Of a DNA stretch of 64,000 nt, positions 1 through 10,800 are shown in pieces (position 1 is the first letter of the stretch; each line of letters begins with the position of its first letter). The position numbers and the translations under genes were made by a program. Below the pieces are notes generated by a model that was given only the letters and a program-made list of their open reading frames with translations, was not told where the DNA came from and did not search any database. This DNA comes from an uncultured Chthonomonadaceae bacterium (GTDB lineage Bacteria > Armatimonadota > Chthonomonadetes > Chthonomonadales > Chthonomonadaceae): contig CAWIEK010000063.1 in the NCBI GenBank assembly GCA_963835065.1, positions 160,001 to 224,000 of the forward strand. The letters are read 5' to 3'.

Positions 1-2
1 AG

Positions 3-191
3 GACGCGATGGCCGCCCGCAAGGCTGACAAGGACGATGTCACGCCGGACATCCTGCTGGCGCAAGGGTATGCCGAGCTGGGATTGTTCGACAAAGCGCG
101 GGGCGCTTACGAAGCCGCCCTGAAACTGCGTCCCGATGACGCCGGCATTCAAAAAGCGCTGGAAAATTTGAACCGGCTGCTTAATCCGTGA
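3..191 (+). CDS. C-terminal fragment of a TPR-containing protein (runs off the window start)
   Basis: LAQGYAELGLFDKARGAYEAALKLRPDD fits a TPR helix pair; frame open from the window edge; co-oriented with the downstream TPR-CHAT gene. Confidence 0.7.
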   Translation, partial: DAMAARKADKDDVTPDILLAQGYAELGLFDKARGAYEAALKLRPDDAGIQKALENLNRLLNP

Positions 192-195
192 GAGT

Positions 196-300
196 AGATA
201 TAAGATATTAGATATTAGTTCGTACCTGCCTTTTACAACCTTGTACGCCGAGGTGAAGAGTCAACGATTATCTTCTACTAATATCTAATATCTTATATCT
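196..300. repeat. Heptamer-built inverted repeat (AGATATA/AGATATT units)
   Basis: 196-219 agatataagatattagatattagt is the exact reverse complement of 277-300. Confidence 0.9.
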
Positions 301-329
301 TATATCATATCTCCCTCCCCACTACCACC

Positions 330-3300
330 ATGCACACAACTCCTACACACAATCCTCGCTATAGCGCGGCGTTCCAACGGCACAGGGGCAAAGGGGAGGC
401 CGCGCGCCTGCTGTTGACGCTTTCCCTTTGCCTGCTTCCTTTCTGCGCATGGAGTCAGGCTGTTTTGCCGGATAACAGCGCGAAAAAAACAGGAAACAAG
501 CCTGCTGCCATGCCTGATGCGGTGCACATGCTGCTGGATCAGGCGGACCGTCAGCAGAAAAACGAGCAATTCGCGGACATGCTGGCTTCCGCGACGCGCG
601 CCCTGGAAATGGCGCATGCCGCAGGCGATGTCGGGAGCGAGGTAGCCGCGTTGGCAAGCAAGGCAAGCGCGCTGGCCGCGCAGGGGCGCGATGTGGAAGC
701 CGCCGCCGCCTGGCAGTCCACCGCCGCGATTTATGCGGATGCGGGTGAGGATGCGCGCCGCATGGATGCTCTGGGCAAAGCCGGGGCCTTGCTGCTGCGC
801 ATTAACCCCACCGAAGCGAAACAACTGCTGGATCAAACGCTGGCCTGGAGCGGGAAATGGCGGCGTCCGAAGGAAGCCGCGTCCGTTCTCAATTCCACCG
901 GGCTGCAGCTCCGGGACCGTAAACGCTATACGGAGGCGCAAACCTTTTTTACCGCCGCGCTCACCCTGTTTACCCAGGTGGATCCCGAGTCGGGCAATGT
1001 GGCAAGTTGCCTTAACAATCTGGGCATCGTTGCCGCCAGCCAGGAACATCTGGAACAGGCCGACGTTTATTTTCGCAAGGCGCTTGCCATCCGGCAAAAA
1101 ACTCCTTCCGACTTGCTGCCCATTGCGGATAGCTGGAACAATCTGGGCTTGAACGCCTGCCACCGGGGCGACGCTAAAGCCGCCGGGGAGTATTTCCACA
1201 AGGCGCTGGAATTGCGCCAGAAAGCCGAGCCGGACAGCCTGCCCGTAGCGGAAATCTGGAGCAATGAGGGCTATCTGCTGCGCAGTCGCGGCAGTCTGAC
1301 CAGGGCGGATCAGTATTTCCTGCGCGCGCTGACCCTCCGGCAGAAAATCGCGCCCAATTCCCTGCTCGTAGCGGAAAGCCTGAGCAGCCGGGGACAAATC
1401 GCCAAGGATCGCGGCGACCTGGCCGGCGCTGAAGATTACTACAAGCAGTCGCTGACCATCCGCGAAGCGCAGATTCCCGCATCGGGAACCCTGGTCACGC
1501 ATCTGGATGGATTGGGACAAATCGCGTATGACCGCAGCGATTACGCGGCGTCGGAAGAGTATTTCAAGCGTTCCCTGCGCTATCTATGGCCGGAGGCCGA
1601 CGCCTTCCTGCGCAGCGCGGCCAATGGCAGCGCCAATAACGGTAATCTTAATAACGCCAGGAATGACGTGAAACAAGCAAACCTGCCCCACTCGGTGGAA
1701 GTGGCAAACTGCCTGCTGAACCTGGGCCGCGCCGTTGCCAAACGGCAGGGGGTTGCGGCGGGGGAACCTTTCTTCCGCGCCGCGCTGACGATTTACGACA
1801 CCGTTGCGCCCAATTCATTGAACAAAGCCAACTGCCTGGTGGACCTGGCGGCAGTGGCGGAAGGCCGTCAGGATTATGGGGCCGCGCGCAAGTATACGGC
1901 GCAGTCCCTGCAGCTCAAGCAGAAAGACAAATTTGAAGGCTCCGACCTGCTGGAAGAATCGTACAGCCTCAGCACTATGGGCGTTGTCGCGCTGAATCAG
2001 GGCGATATAAGCGTGGCGGAAAACCATCTGCGGCAGGCGCTGGCAATCACGCGCAAAATCAATCCGCGCTCGCTGGAAACCGCCTGCAATTTAGGCTTAC
2101 TTGGATCGGCGGCGGAACAGCGCGGCGATTATCCTGCCGCCTTGAAATACGCTCAGGAAGCCTGGGACATTGTGCAAAAGCAGGCGGCGCAGGTGATTGG
2201 CGATGAGGCGCGGCAAGCCTTTCGGGAAGCCCGCGCTTCCTATGCGAACAATTTGATGCGCTACCAACTCAAACTGCATCAGCCGGAAGCCGCCCTGGTC
2301 ACGCTGGAACAGGGACGCGCCCGCGCTTTGGAGCAGATGATTTCCGAACGCCGCGTTCTGATGGGCATGGGTGGCAACGCGCAATGGGACGCTTACCAGA
2401 GCGCCAAAATTGCGCATGAGGCGGACGTGCAGACGCTGACAAAAGTTTCGACCACGCTGGCCCAGATTCAGCGCCGTATTGCCCGATTGCAGCAGGCTAA
2501 AGCGGGAGGGGCGCAGATCGCGGCGCTTCAAGAAAAATTTCGGGAAGCCGACAATCAAGTGCAGCAGGCCACGAACGACGCGATACGGAGTCGCGTGAAG
2601 ATGGAATCATGCTATGGCGACTTGCAGCGCGCCCAGGTTCGCGCCTGCCCGCCGCCCCTGTCCCCCCTCGAAGCCATGAAGTCCCTGCCTGCCGATGCCG
2701 TTTTCGCGTACTTCAGCGTGGGCGAGGAGGAAACGACCCTGTTCCTGCTGCGCAACGGCAAAACCCCGCAGGTATTTTCCATTCGCGTCAAACGCGACCA
2801 ACTACAGCAGCAGGTGCGCCAATTGCGCAGCCTGGTTTCCGTTCCCGTTTCCACAGTGGAAGAGGTCGGCGCGTCAGGCCGAAATTTATTCTCGCTCCTG
2901 TTTCCGCCCGCCGCCCGTGCCACGCTGATGGGCGCGAAACGCTGGATCGTCTCGCCAGATGATGTCTTATGGGAAGCGCCCTTTGCCGCGCTGGTCGTCA
3001 ATGCGTCCGGGCCGCCGCAATGGCTTGGCCTGGCGCATCCTCTGTCCTACTCTCCCTCGCTCACCCTTCTGGCTCTCGCCCGCGCCGACAAAACCACGCG
3101 CGCCCCACATCAGCAGCTTGCCGCAGTGGTTGTCGGCGACCCCGTATTCGACCACATGGCGGCGGGCAAGATCGAGGGCAAAACGGAGGGCAAGAATGAG
3201 CAAACGGGGGCTTCAGCGACACATCCACTGACGGCGGAAGCGGCAGGCGAGCGCGGCTACCTGTGGGAAAACGGCGCGCCGCCGGATCCCCTGCCCGGAA

Positions 3301-3917
3301 CCCGCGAAGAAGCCACGCAGATCGCCCGTCTCTATCAATCGTCCGCCTTGTTGGGAGAAGACGCGACTGAAGCCGAGGTCAGGAAGCGCATATCTCAGGC
3401 CGACATCATTCATCTGGCAACGCATGGCGTCCTGCGCCGCGACGTGCCGACGGCTTCAGGCTTGCTGTTGACCGCGCCCCTGGTAGACCCGGCTCCCTCC
3501 GACAATGATGGCGCATTTCAAGCGTGGGAAATGTTCGGGCTGAAACTGAAAGCCGAACTGGTGATTTTATCAGCCTGTGAAACGGGCAAGGGGAGCAGCC
3601 GCAAGGCCGAAGGCTTGATCGGGTTGGCGCGGGCCTTGCAGTGCGCCGGATGCCGCTCCATTGTGGCGAGCCAGTGGTCGGTATCGGATGCCAGCACGGC
3701 CACCCTGATGATCGCCCTGCACCAAAACTTGCTCAAAGGCGTCAGCAAGGACGCGGCCTTGCAGCAGGCGATGCAAACCGTAGCGGGAGATGCGGAAGGG
3801 CGCACCACGCACCCCTTCTACTGGGCCGCCTTCGCCCTGACCGGCGACCCCGACAACACGCTCCTGCGCGCGCCCGCCTCCCTCACTAAAACCGCGCCTC
3901 CAACACTTCAGCATTAG
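330..3917 (+). CDS. Secreted TPR-CHAT (caspase-like, clan CD) protease
   Basis: Signal-like LLLTLSLCLLPFCAWSQA; many TPRs (ASCLNNLG, ADSWNNLG); CHAT motifs IIHLATHG, LVILSACETG and HPFYWAAF. Confidence 0.93.
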   Translation: MHTTPTHNPRYSAAFQRHRGKGEAARLLLTLSLCLLPFCAWSQAVLPDNSAKKTGNKPAAMPDAVHMLLDQADRQQKNEQFADMLASATRALEMAHAAGDVGSEVAALASKASALAAQGRDVEAAAAWQSTAAIYADAGEDARRMDALGKAGALLLRINPTEAKQLLDQTLAWSGKWRRPKEAASVLNSTGLQLRDRKRYTEAQTFFTAALTLFTQVDPESGNVASCLNNLGIVAASQEHLEQADVYFRKALAIRQKTPSDLLPIADSWNNLGLNACHRGDAKAAGEYFHKALELRQKAEPDSLPVAEIWSNEGYLLRSRGSLTRADQYFLRALTLRQKIAPNSLLVAESLSSRGQIAKDRGDLAGAEDYYKQSLTIREAQIPASGTLVTHLDGLGQIAYDRSDYAASEEYFKRSLRYLWPEADAFLRSAANGSANNGNLNNARNDVKQANLPHSVEVANCLLNLGRAVAKRQGVAAGEPFFRAALTIYDTVAPNSLNKANCLVDLAAVAEGRQDYGAARKYTAQSLQLKQKDKFEGSDLLEESYSLSTMGVVALNQGDISVAENHLRQALAITRKINPRSLETACNLGLLGSAAEQRGDYPAALKYAQEAWDIVQKQAAQVIGDEARQAFREARASYANNLMRYQLKLHQPEAALVTLEQGRARALEQMISERRVLMGMGGNAQWDAYQSAKIAHEADVQTLTKVSTTLAQIQRRIARLQQAKAGGAQIAALQEKFREADNQVQQATNDAIRSRVKMESCYGDLQRAQVRACPPPLSPLEAMKSLPADAVFAYFSVGEEETTLFLLRNGKTPQVFSIRVKRDQLQQQVRQLRSLVSVPVSTVEEVGASGRNLFSLLFPPAARATLMGAKRWIVSPDDVLWEAPFAALVVNASGPPQWLGLAHPLSYSPSLTLLALARADKTTRAPHQQLAAVVVGDPVFDHMAAGKIEGKTEGKNEQTGASATHPLTAEAAGERGYLWENGAPPDPLPGTREEATQIARLYQSSALLGEDATEAEVRKRISQADIIHLATHGVLRRDVPTASGLLLTAPLVDPAPSDNDGAFQAWEMFGLKLKAELVILSACETGKGSSRKAEGLIGLARALQCAGCRSIVASQWSVSDASTATLMIALHQNLLKGVSKDAALQQAMQTVAGDAEGRTTHPFYWAAFALTGDPDNTLLRAPASLTKTAPPTLQH

Positions 3918-3924
3918 TCTGCTG

Positions 3925-3953
3925 TTGCGAATAATGCGGATAAGGGGTATAGT
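3925..3953 (+). promoter_or_regulatory. Sigma70-like promoter of the TA operon
   Basis: TTGCGA-17 bp-TATAGT upstream of the AGGAG RBS and ATG 3987. Confidence 0.55.
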
Positions 3954-3986
3954 GGAAGAATGTAGATATGTATCAGGAGCAAACCT

Positions 3987-4454
3987 ATGTCCACTACCAC
4001 CGAAACCATCCTGCCTACCGATCAGGATGCTAGACAAGCGCGGGAGTTCCGCGCCCTGCTTGCCCCCCTTACGTTACGGGAAGTTACCGCGCGCCTTCAG
4101 TTCAGCGGCAGCAACGCTCCCGATACAAATTTAATGCTGCCTGCTTCTGTGGTGCGCGTGTTGCTGGGCGTTCTTGAGGAAATGGGAAAAGGGAATGGCG
4201 TTTCCATCACGCCGCTTCAGAAAGAGTTCACCACGCAGCAAGCCGCGGATTTTCTGAAGGTTTCCCGGCCTTTTCTCATTGCGGAGTTGCTGGAAAAGGG
4301 CGTACTTCCCTATCGCAAGGTGGGCAATCGGCGGCGTATTCGTGTCGAAGACCTGTTGTGCTATAGGGAGACCGAGGAGAAGGAGATCGCGCGGCGCGAA
4401 ACGGTGATGCAGGAGTTGATGGCCGAAACCGAGCGGTTGGGCCTGTACAAATAA
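3987..4454 (+). CDS. Excisionase-like HTH antitoxin (VapB50-like) of an HTH-PIN TA pair
   Basis: EFTTQQAADFLKVSRPFLIAELLEKGVLPYRKVGNRRRI HTH_17-like motif; ends ERLGLYK, overlapping the PIN gene. Confidence 0.88.
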   Translation: MSTTTETILPTDQDARQAREFRALLAPLTLREVTARLQFSGSNAPDTNLMLPASVVRVLLGVLEEMGKGNGVSITPLQKEFTTQQAADFLKVSRPFLIAELLEKGVLPYRKVGNRRRIRVEDLLCYRETEEKEIARRETVMQELMAETERLGLYK

Positions 4455-5011
4455 TCGCTCTGCTCGATGCCAACGTCTTGTATCCACCCGCTTTGCGGGA
4501 CCTGCTGATGTGGCTGGCCGTCGTGGCGGCGTATGAGCCGCGCTGGACGGAGGAGATACACAGCGAATGGATGCGCAACGTCCTCAAAGACAGACCTGAA
4601 GTAACGCCCGCGCAATTAGAGCGTACGCGCAGACTGATGGATCAGGTGAACCCGAAGTGTTTGGTGAGCGGGTACGAGACGCGCATTGCCGCCCTCACGT
4701 TGCCGGACGCAAATGACCGCCACGTTCTGGCTGCCGCCCTTCATGCAGGCGCGGAAGTAATCGCTACTTTCAATCTGCGCCATTTCCCCCGGAAGACTCT
4801 GGCCCCACTTGGAGTTCGCGCGCTGGCTCCTGATATGTTTCTGGAGACCCTGTTCGTACAGAATCAGCCCCGGTTCCTGCGCGGCATACGTCAGCATCGG
4901 GCATCTCTGCACAACCCGCCCAAAACTGCCGAAGAATATCTGTTCGCGTTAACCGCTCAGGGACTAACGCGAACATCGGCGCGACTGGCAGCGCATCAAG
5001 ACGAAATCTGA
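4451..5011 (+). CDS. PIN-domain toxin (VapC50-like), probable non-canonical ATA start
   Basis: In-frame IIALLDANVLYP from 4451; LPDANDRHVLAAA and TFNLRHFP PIN motifs. Confidence 0.85.
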   Translation: MIALLDANVLYPPALRDLLMWLAVVAAYEPRWTEEIHSEWMRNVLKDRPEVTPAQLERTRRLMDQVNPKCLVSGYETRIAALTLPDANDRHVLAAALHAGAEVIATFNLRHFPRKTLAPLGVRALAPDMFLETLFVQNQPRFLRGIRQHRASLHNPPKTAEEYLFALTAQGLTRTSARLAAHQDEI

Positions 5012-5025
5012 ACCCGGAGAACCAC

Positions 5026-5313
5026 TTACAAGGCGCGTTCGGTATACTCGCCCCGTTGCTGCGCGCGCATTTCCTTCAGCATGCTGTTGCCCGACGCCAG
5101 GAAGCAGAGAACCGAGGGAATCATGCGGACAATCCAAAAGTTCAGGAAAAATGGCAGGGGCAGCCAGATAAGCGGCAGCAGCAACAGCCAAAAGCCCAGC
5201 GCGGCAAACCGCAGGGACTTTTGCGCGTTGCGCCCCTTCACTTTGCTCGACAGCCACCACGCGCCCGCCCCCACCAGAATCGGCCACAGCCACGCAATCA
5301 ACACTTCCATCAT
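5026..5313 (-). CDS. Small membrane protein
   Basis: AGGAG RBS before MMEVLIAWLWPILVG; three hydrophobic segments. Confidence 0.65.
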   Translation of the reverse strand: MMEVLIAWLWPILVGAGAWWLSSKVKGRNAQKSLRFAALGFWLLLLPLIWLPLPFFLNFWIVRMIPSVLCFLASGNSMLKEMRAQQRGEYTERAL

Positions 5314-5547
5314 TGTCTTTCTCCTGTATTCCTGCCGGTTCCCGCGCAGGGAACACACTCAGCGCCCAAGCCCAAAGGCTATGTTGTCATCACCGCTATT
5401 TTGCTGTTGGAACATGCTTCCATGACCACAACATGCGCGGCGACATTATCATTGAGGGATGACGGCGGAACTCCCCCATGCGTATTATACACGGATTCCC
5501 GCCCTGCACAAGAGTTACGAACGAACCGCCCCGTTGGTGTCACGGAA

Positions 5548-5672
5548 TAGGAAGGAAAAAGGGAAAAGGAGAAAGGAAAAAGTACATTCTATTATGGATT
5601 GTTACTTGCGCGTGTAAAGTTAGCTCCGGGCAACACGCCTTTTTCTTTCTCCTTTCTCCTTTTTCCTTCCTA
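5548..5672. repeat. Imperfect purine/pyrimidine inverted repeat (AAAGGAG-type units)
   Basis: Arms 5548-5582 and 5639-5672; the right arm includes the RbsD/FucU stop codon. Confidence 0.8.
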
Positions 5673-6089
5673 CCCCGGCATGACCACGCCAATGGTCAGC
5701 AGAATGTTGGCGTACACGCGCTGTTCCCCGGTGGCGATGACAAGGCAGGTTTGCGGCTGCGAGGCTTGCGCGTAGAAACTGAACCGCTCGACCGGCTTCA
5801 GTGTCAGGCCGGGCAGCAAGTCTCGAAACTCGCTGAAAATTCCCGGCTCCGAGCCGTCGGCGGTCTGCATCACATGCGCGGCCTCAATGGGAATCGCGCT
5901 TGTCAGGACACGCAGCACGTCGGTCGCATTCACCAACCCCGGCGCGAGATTGAGGTACACGCGGATGGTCGTTGGCGCAACGCCCGTCGAGTGTGGATAA
6001 TTGCCGTCGGAAATCAGCACCTGCGCGCCATGCCCCGCCCCGGCCAGCGCGCGTAAAATGTCCGGGTGCAGCAGCGTCCCTTTGAGCAT
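5670..6089 (-). CDS. RbsD/FucU family sugar mutarotase/pyranase
   Basis: MLKGTLLHPDILRALAGAGHGAQVLISDGNYP; ERFSFY; IATGEQRVYANILLTIGV; GGAGG RBS. Confidence 0.92.
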   Translation of the reverse strand: MLKGTLLHPDILRALAGAGHGAQVLISDGNYPHSTGVAPTTIRVYLNLAPGLVNATDVLRVLTSAIPIEAAHVMQTADGSEPGIFSEFRDLLPGLTLKPVERFSFYAQASQPQTCLVIATGEQRVYANILLTIGVVMPG

Positions 6090-6102
6090 GTCAGCCTCCA
6101 AG

Positions 6103-6222
6103 TAGTTGATAGTTGATAGTTGATAGCGCGATGTGCCGGGGAGATTGCGACATGCGCCTGCATCTGTCTGCGGGAATAGAAAACATGTAGTGGAACATCT
6201 ATCAACTATCAACTATCAACTA
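6103..6222. repeat. Heptamer inverted repeat (TAGTTGA)n / (TCAACTA)n
   Basis: Perfect 24-bp arms at 6103-6126 and 6199-6222. Confidence 0.92.
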
Positions 6223-6409
6223 AATTCTTCCTGCCCTGCCTTTCCTCCTGCCAACCAGGAAGAAAATTACAGGAAGAAAATAAACTGTTGACGCAGATTT
6301 TTCAGGAAGCGGGAAATTTTTGCAACATCGGGTTTGGCGTGGCGTCAAACCAAGCAGGTTTGTGGATAAGTTCGCCGATACGACTGTTCCAAGAGTGAAG
6401 GAAACGCGC

Positions 6410-7657
6410 ATGTCCGCCGAGTTCAATACGAGTAATAACAACAGCCGATTTTTTGTATCTTCGTCCTCCGTTCCCCAACGGAAAGATGCCGATGATCTCA
6501 TGTGGGAACTGCTCAGTCTGTATGTGGACGGCGAAGCGTCGCCCGATGAAGCCGCGCAAGTGGAACAAATGCTCCGCCACGACGCGGAATATGCCCGCGC
6601 GTACTCGTTCCTGAATCAAACGGGCCATGCGGTACGCGCCATTGTCGAGGTAGAACCGCCCGCTTTTCTGCGCGACGCGATTCTGGCGAAGACCAGCCAT
6701 CGGCTTACGTTTGCAAAGCGCCTGTCGGCGGCGATGACTACCCTGCGGGCACAGTTGGCCTTGCCTCCGATGGGCAGATTGGCGCTTGCGGGTGGCAGCC
6801 TTGCCGCCTGCGCCCTGCTGGTCGGCGTATGGACCGCGCGGTCTGCGGGCAACGGCAATTCTGCGCCCGTCATGTCCGAAGCCGCCTCCCAACCGAATAC
6901 ATCTGTTGCCGCAGCGCCCGCGCCGTTGGTTTCATCCTCTTCCGTCGCTAAAAACGTGGAAGCCCATCCTGAAACCGAAACGCCCCGTGAATCTGCTGCG
7001 GTTCCTTCCGTTCCCGACGGCAAATCGGCCATTGCCAAATTGACTCCCGCTCCGGTCAATGCGCTGCCTGCTGAAGTCAAGATTGACAAGATTGACATGA
7101 AGCAATTGCGCTCGGAACCGCCTATTGCCGCGTGGAACGTTGGGACTGCCGATAAAACTAAATCGCCTGCGACTCCGAGCGCGAAAACCAATGGCCCTGT
7201 CTTCGGCAAGCGCAGCGACAGGGTAATTGCTTCAAATGACAAGCAGTACAAAATCCCGCAGCCGCCATACAAACAAGGTGGATTCGCTGGTGACAGCAAC
7301 GTAATTACGCAAAATGTGTCGCCCATGATGGACGATAACGTACAGCATCGTCAGCCTCCTATGATGCTCGCGTCTCTGAAAACCGATGATGATCTGGATA
7401 AGAAGGACGTTGTCACAAGTAATGGCGACGGCAGCGCGTCAACAACGGTTGCTTCAACGGACACGGATACGCCGCCCAAAGGCACGATTGTCGGCAAACT
7501 GCAACTGAGTAAACTGCCGCCTGCCTCGCGCCACCTCCAAACGGCGGCGGACATTCAGCGCATTCAGGAAGCCCGCAACATGAGCTTTACGGCAACGGCC
7601 ATGGAAGGCATGCAGCGCCGTGACGCCGACTTGTCCGTAATCTCCGGCAAGTTCTAA
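6410..7657 (+). CDS. Anti-sigma-factor-like membrane protein (zf-HC2-like N-terminus lacking Zn ligands)
   Basis: ELLSLYVDGEASPDEAAQVEQML, VEPPAFLRDAIL, one TM helix, long low-complexity tail. Confidence 0.7.
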   Translation: MSAEFNTSNNNSRFFVSSSSVPQRKDADDLMWELLSLYVDGEASPDEAAQVEQMLRHDAEYARAYSFLNQTGHAVRAIVEVEPPAFLRDAILAKTSHRLTFAKRLSAAMTTLRAQLALPPMGRLALAGGSLAACALLVGVWTARSAGNGNSAPVMSEAASQPNTSVAAAPAPLVSSSSVAKNVEAHPETETPRESAAVPSVPDGKSAIAKLTPAPVNALPAEVKIDKIDMKQLRSEPPIAAWNVGTADKTKSPATPSAKTNGPVFGKRSDRVIASNDKQYKIPQPPYKQGGFAGDSNVITQNVSPMMDDNVQHRQPPMMLASLKTDDDLDKKDVVTSNGDGSASTTVASTDTDTPPKGTIVGKLQLSKLPPASRHLQTAADIQRIQEARNMSFTATAMEGMQRRDADLSVISGKF

Positions 7658-7886
7658 ATCGGTATTCGGTGTTCAGGTGTTCGGTGTTCGGGCAGATCGC
7701 TGGTGTGCATCGCCGCGCAAATGTCATACTTGAGTAGTTGAGGCCGCAAAAACACGGCGCGGCTTGTGGTTGAGATTTCAGTTTACGATTTTGAGAAATG
7801 TGGCTCCGGTTGGTCACACCAGCGGTCGGACGGAAACGGCCGACCGCTTATCTTTGACGATGTTGGTAGGTTAGGATTGGTTCGCA

Positions 7887-10800
7887 ATGGGTGTGATAAC
7901 AGCAACGCAGGCAAATCAGAAAATTAAAGGAGCGCGCGGAGGCGGGCGTTTGCGCCGGTTTTGCGCGCGTCGGCTTACGTTGCGCGTTTCAAGCGCGGTG
8001 TTGCCCCTGCTTTTCGCCGCGCCCGTTCATGCGCAAACGCCGCCCGTCACGGATGCGGGCAAGACGGCAGACAGCAAACAAAAAGCAGAAGCCGTAACGC
8101 CGCTCACAATCGTCAATCCACAATCCACAATCGTCAATTCCTCCACCGTGCCGCTGAACGTGCTGAACGTGGGCAATGCCGCCGCGTCTGCTGTCGCGTC
8201 GCCGGGCGTCGGCGCGCTGGAAACCCTGCGCGGCAACGGCGGGCAGACGGGTTATACGCTGGCGCACAACCCAATTGTGCCGACTTCGTTAAGCGTGTAT
8301 GCGAGCGGCAAGCGCCTGAAAGTAAATGAAGATTTCTGGCTGGACGCGAGTTCCGGCACGCTGTACTTCGCTTTGCCGCTCCACGCTTCCGAAAGCCTCA
8401 GCGTGGCCTATCGCTATCTGGAAGGCGACGCGGCGAAAGCATTGCAGCAGAGCGCGGCAGGCTTGCAGCTGAACTTGAGTGAGACCACCCATTTCAACGT
8501 GCTTTACGGGCTGAATTCCCTGCAGGAAAACGGCGCGAATCTGGCGCTAAACGGCCTGCGCATGGACAGCCTGTTCGGTTCGTCCGGCAAATCGCGCTAC
8601 AGCGGCCTTGTGTACCTTGCCGACCTGCATCCCTCCACCGATACTTCCGCTTCCTGGCGCGACCTCCTGAATCCTGCCAAGTCGAAGTCCTCGCCTGCGC
8701 CTTCCCTGACAGGTTCCGGCTCCGGCCATATTCTGTCGCAATCGCTGGCGGTGCAGACAAGCGGCCTGCGTCTTTCCGCCGATTTTCAGGACGTTAGCAA
8801 GCAGTTTGCCGGGTTCGCCGATCTGAAAAAGGGCGCGGCAAGCGACAAAACCGCGCTGGCGCAACTGGCGCAGATGGAAAAAGAAAAGGGGTTGCAGCGA
8901 TTGGGCTTCGGCGTGGGGTTGGGCGGACTGCAAGCCGCAAAACCGACAGACGGCCTGACAATCGAATGGAACCAGATTCAGGATAAGACCGCCAACGACG
9001 CCAAAAAACACGCGCCCGCTTCCCCCTTCGCCGTTAAGCTCGCAGGGCAGACGGACGCCCCCGGAACTTCCAAGACAGCAGATAAATCCGCGCCGGAACC
9101 TGTTCCTGCCGACACGCTGCCCGCGTCGCGGCGCCAGAGTTTGGGACTGCAAAGCGGTGGGCTGAACTTCAGCCTGACCCGGCGCGAAACCGACAAAGCC
9201 TTCAAGCGCCTGAGCGACCTGAGCGATAGTGAAAAGAACGCCCTTGCCCTCGACATTCGCCGCCAATTCGATCCGAACGCCAAATTGGAGCAGGTGACGC
9301 AGGCTGAGCGCGACCAAATCATCCACGAAGCCGGCCTGTCCCGCCAAACCATGCTCGGACGCTTCCAATTAGGCAAAACCGAACGCGACGGCGTTTTCAC
9401 CTTCGGCCAATTCTCGCTGGACGCAGAGGAAGAAAAGGAGAAAAGGAGAAAAGGAGAAAAGGAGACAGGAGAGCAGGATTCATCCTTCAGCCTTCATCCT
9501 TCATCCTTGTCTGCCCCCTCAATACTGAGTGGCATTACCCGGCAGACGTTGGGCTTTACCAACGCGCATTTGCAGTTTTCCACGCTGTCGCAGACCATTG
9601 TGAGCAATTTTGCGCGTATCGGCGACCTGTCAGACGTGGAAAAAGCGCAGTTCGGCAAGGAAACCGGCCTGAAGCGCGATCAAATGTCCCTGCTGTGGCA
9701 GCCGGACAAAACTACGAAAATCGGGCTGGACAAGCTGCGTATCGGCGGTTCGCTGGAAGCCATTCAAGCGGCGGTTGGAAAAGCAACCGACGCGGGGAAA
9801 GTGGAAGCCGCCAAAGACGCGCAGGCGAGTACGGGTGACAGCGCCGCGAATGCCGCAAGCGCCGCCAAAATTGACAAGAGCATTGTGGACGCGCGCAAAA
9901 CAGCGGAAGCCGCTACGGAGCGCGAAACGATGCGCGTGGAACTCAAAGGCTTCAAATACCTTGCCAGCCAGGCGCATACGGACAAAGAATTCGCCCGTTC
10001 CGCCGACCTTGCCCTGCCGGACGCGGACAAGCAGCAGATCGAAAAAGAGCGCGGCTATGACCGCAAAGATACCACTTTACATCTTGACGCAATCAAGGGC
10101 CTGACGCTGGACCGCTATACGTACCAGGCGGACAACAAATTGGATCGGCTGACGCATGACATTATTAAAGACAGTCTTGCATACGCGCCCTCCAAAAACT
10201 GGTCGCTGACGTATGCCGCCGACCACGACGCCACGCTTGCGCCCGATCCGAGCAGCGCGCAGGGTCAGGCTGCCCCAACCGGTACAAGCCTTGTAAGCGC
10301 AAGTGGCGACATGAAAAACGGTAACGTTCCGCTTAGTGACCGCAAGATAAGTGGAACCGCGCATACCAAGTTCGGCTTAAAGGGCGCACTTGCCCGCAAT
10401 TATGGGTTGGACTGGCAGCGCGACGAAACCAGAACGCTGGAAAACGACAAAACCAAGAATGTCACGGTCACGGATGCCCTGACGCTGGGAGCGCCCAAAG
10501 ACAAAGTCGGCGTTGGCCTGACCTACAGCGATAAACGGATCGCGTACCAAAGCAACACGATAGACAAGCTGGACGCCAAATACGACAACACATCAGAGTT
10601 CAACCTTCACGTCAAGCCGACCAAGACGCTGACGCTGCAATACGGGCAAAAGCTGCTTGACCGGCGCATAGACACCGCAGACACCAAAGCGGAAAATAAG
10701 CTGGATGGGCAAGTCACGACGGACTCGCTGGAATTGGACTGGCAGGCGGCGAAAAACTTTGATATTATTTTGGGCACGTCGCAAACCGATGCGCCGGACG

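Noticed and set aside
7712..7770. c-di-GMP-I riboswitch (GCAAA...GCCGCAAAAC)
   Set aside because: No GNRA-capped P2 or recognisable P3 motif; an Rfam scan would be needed
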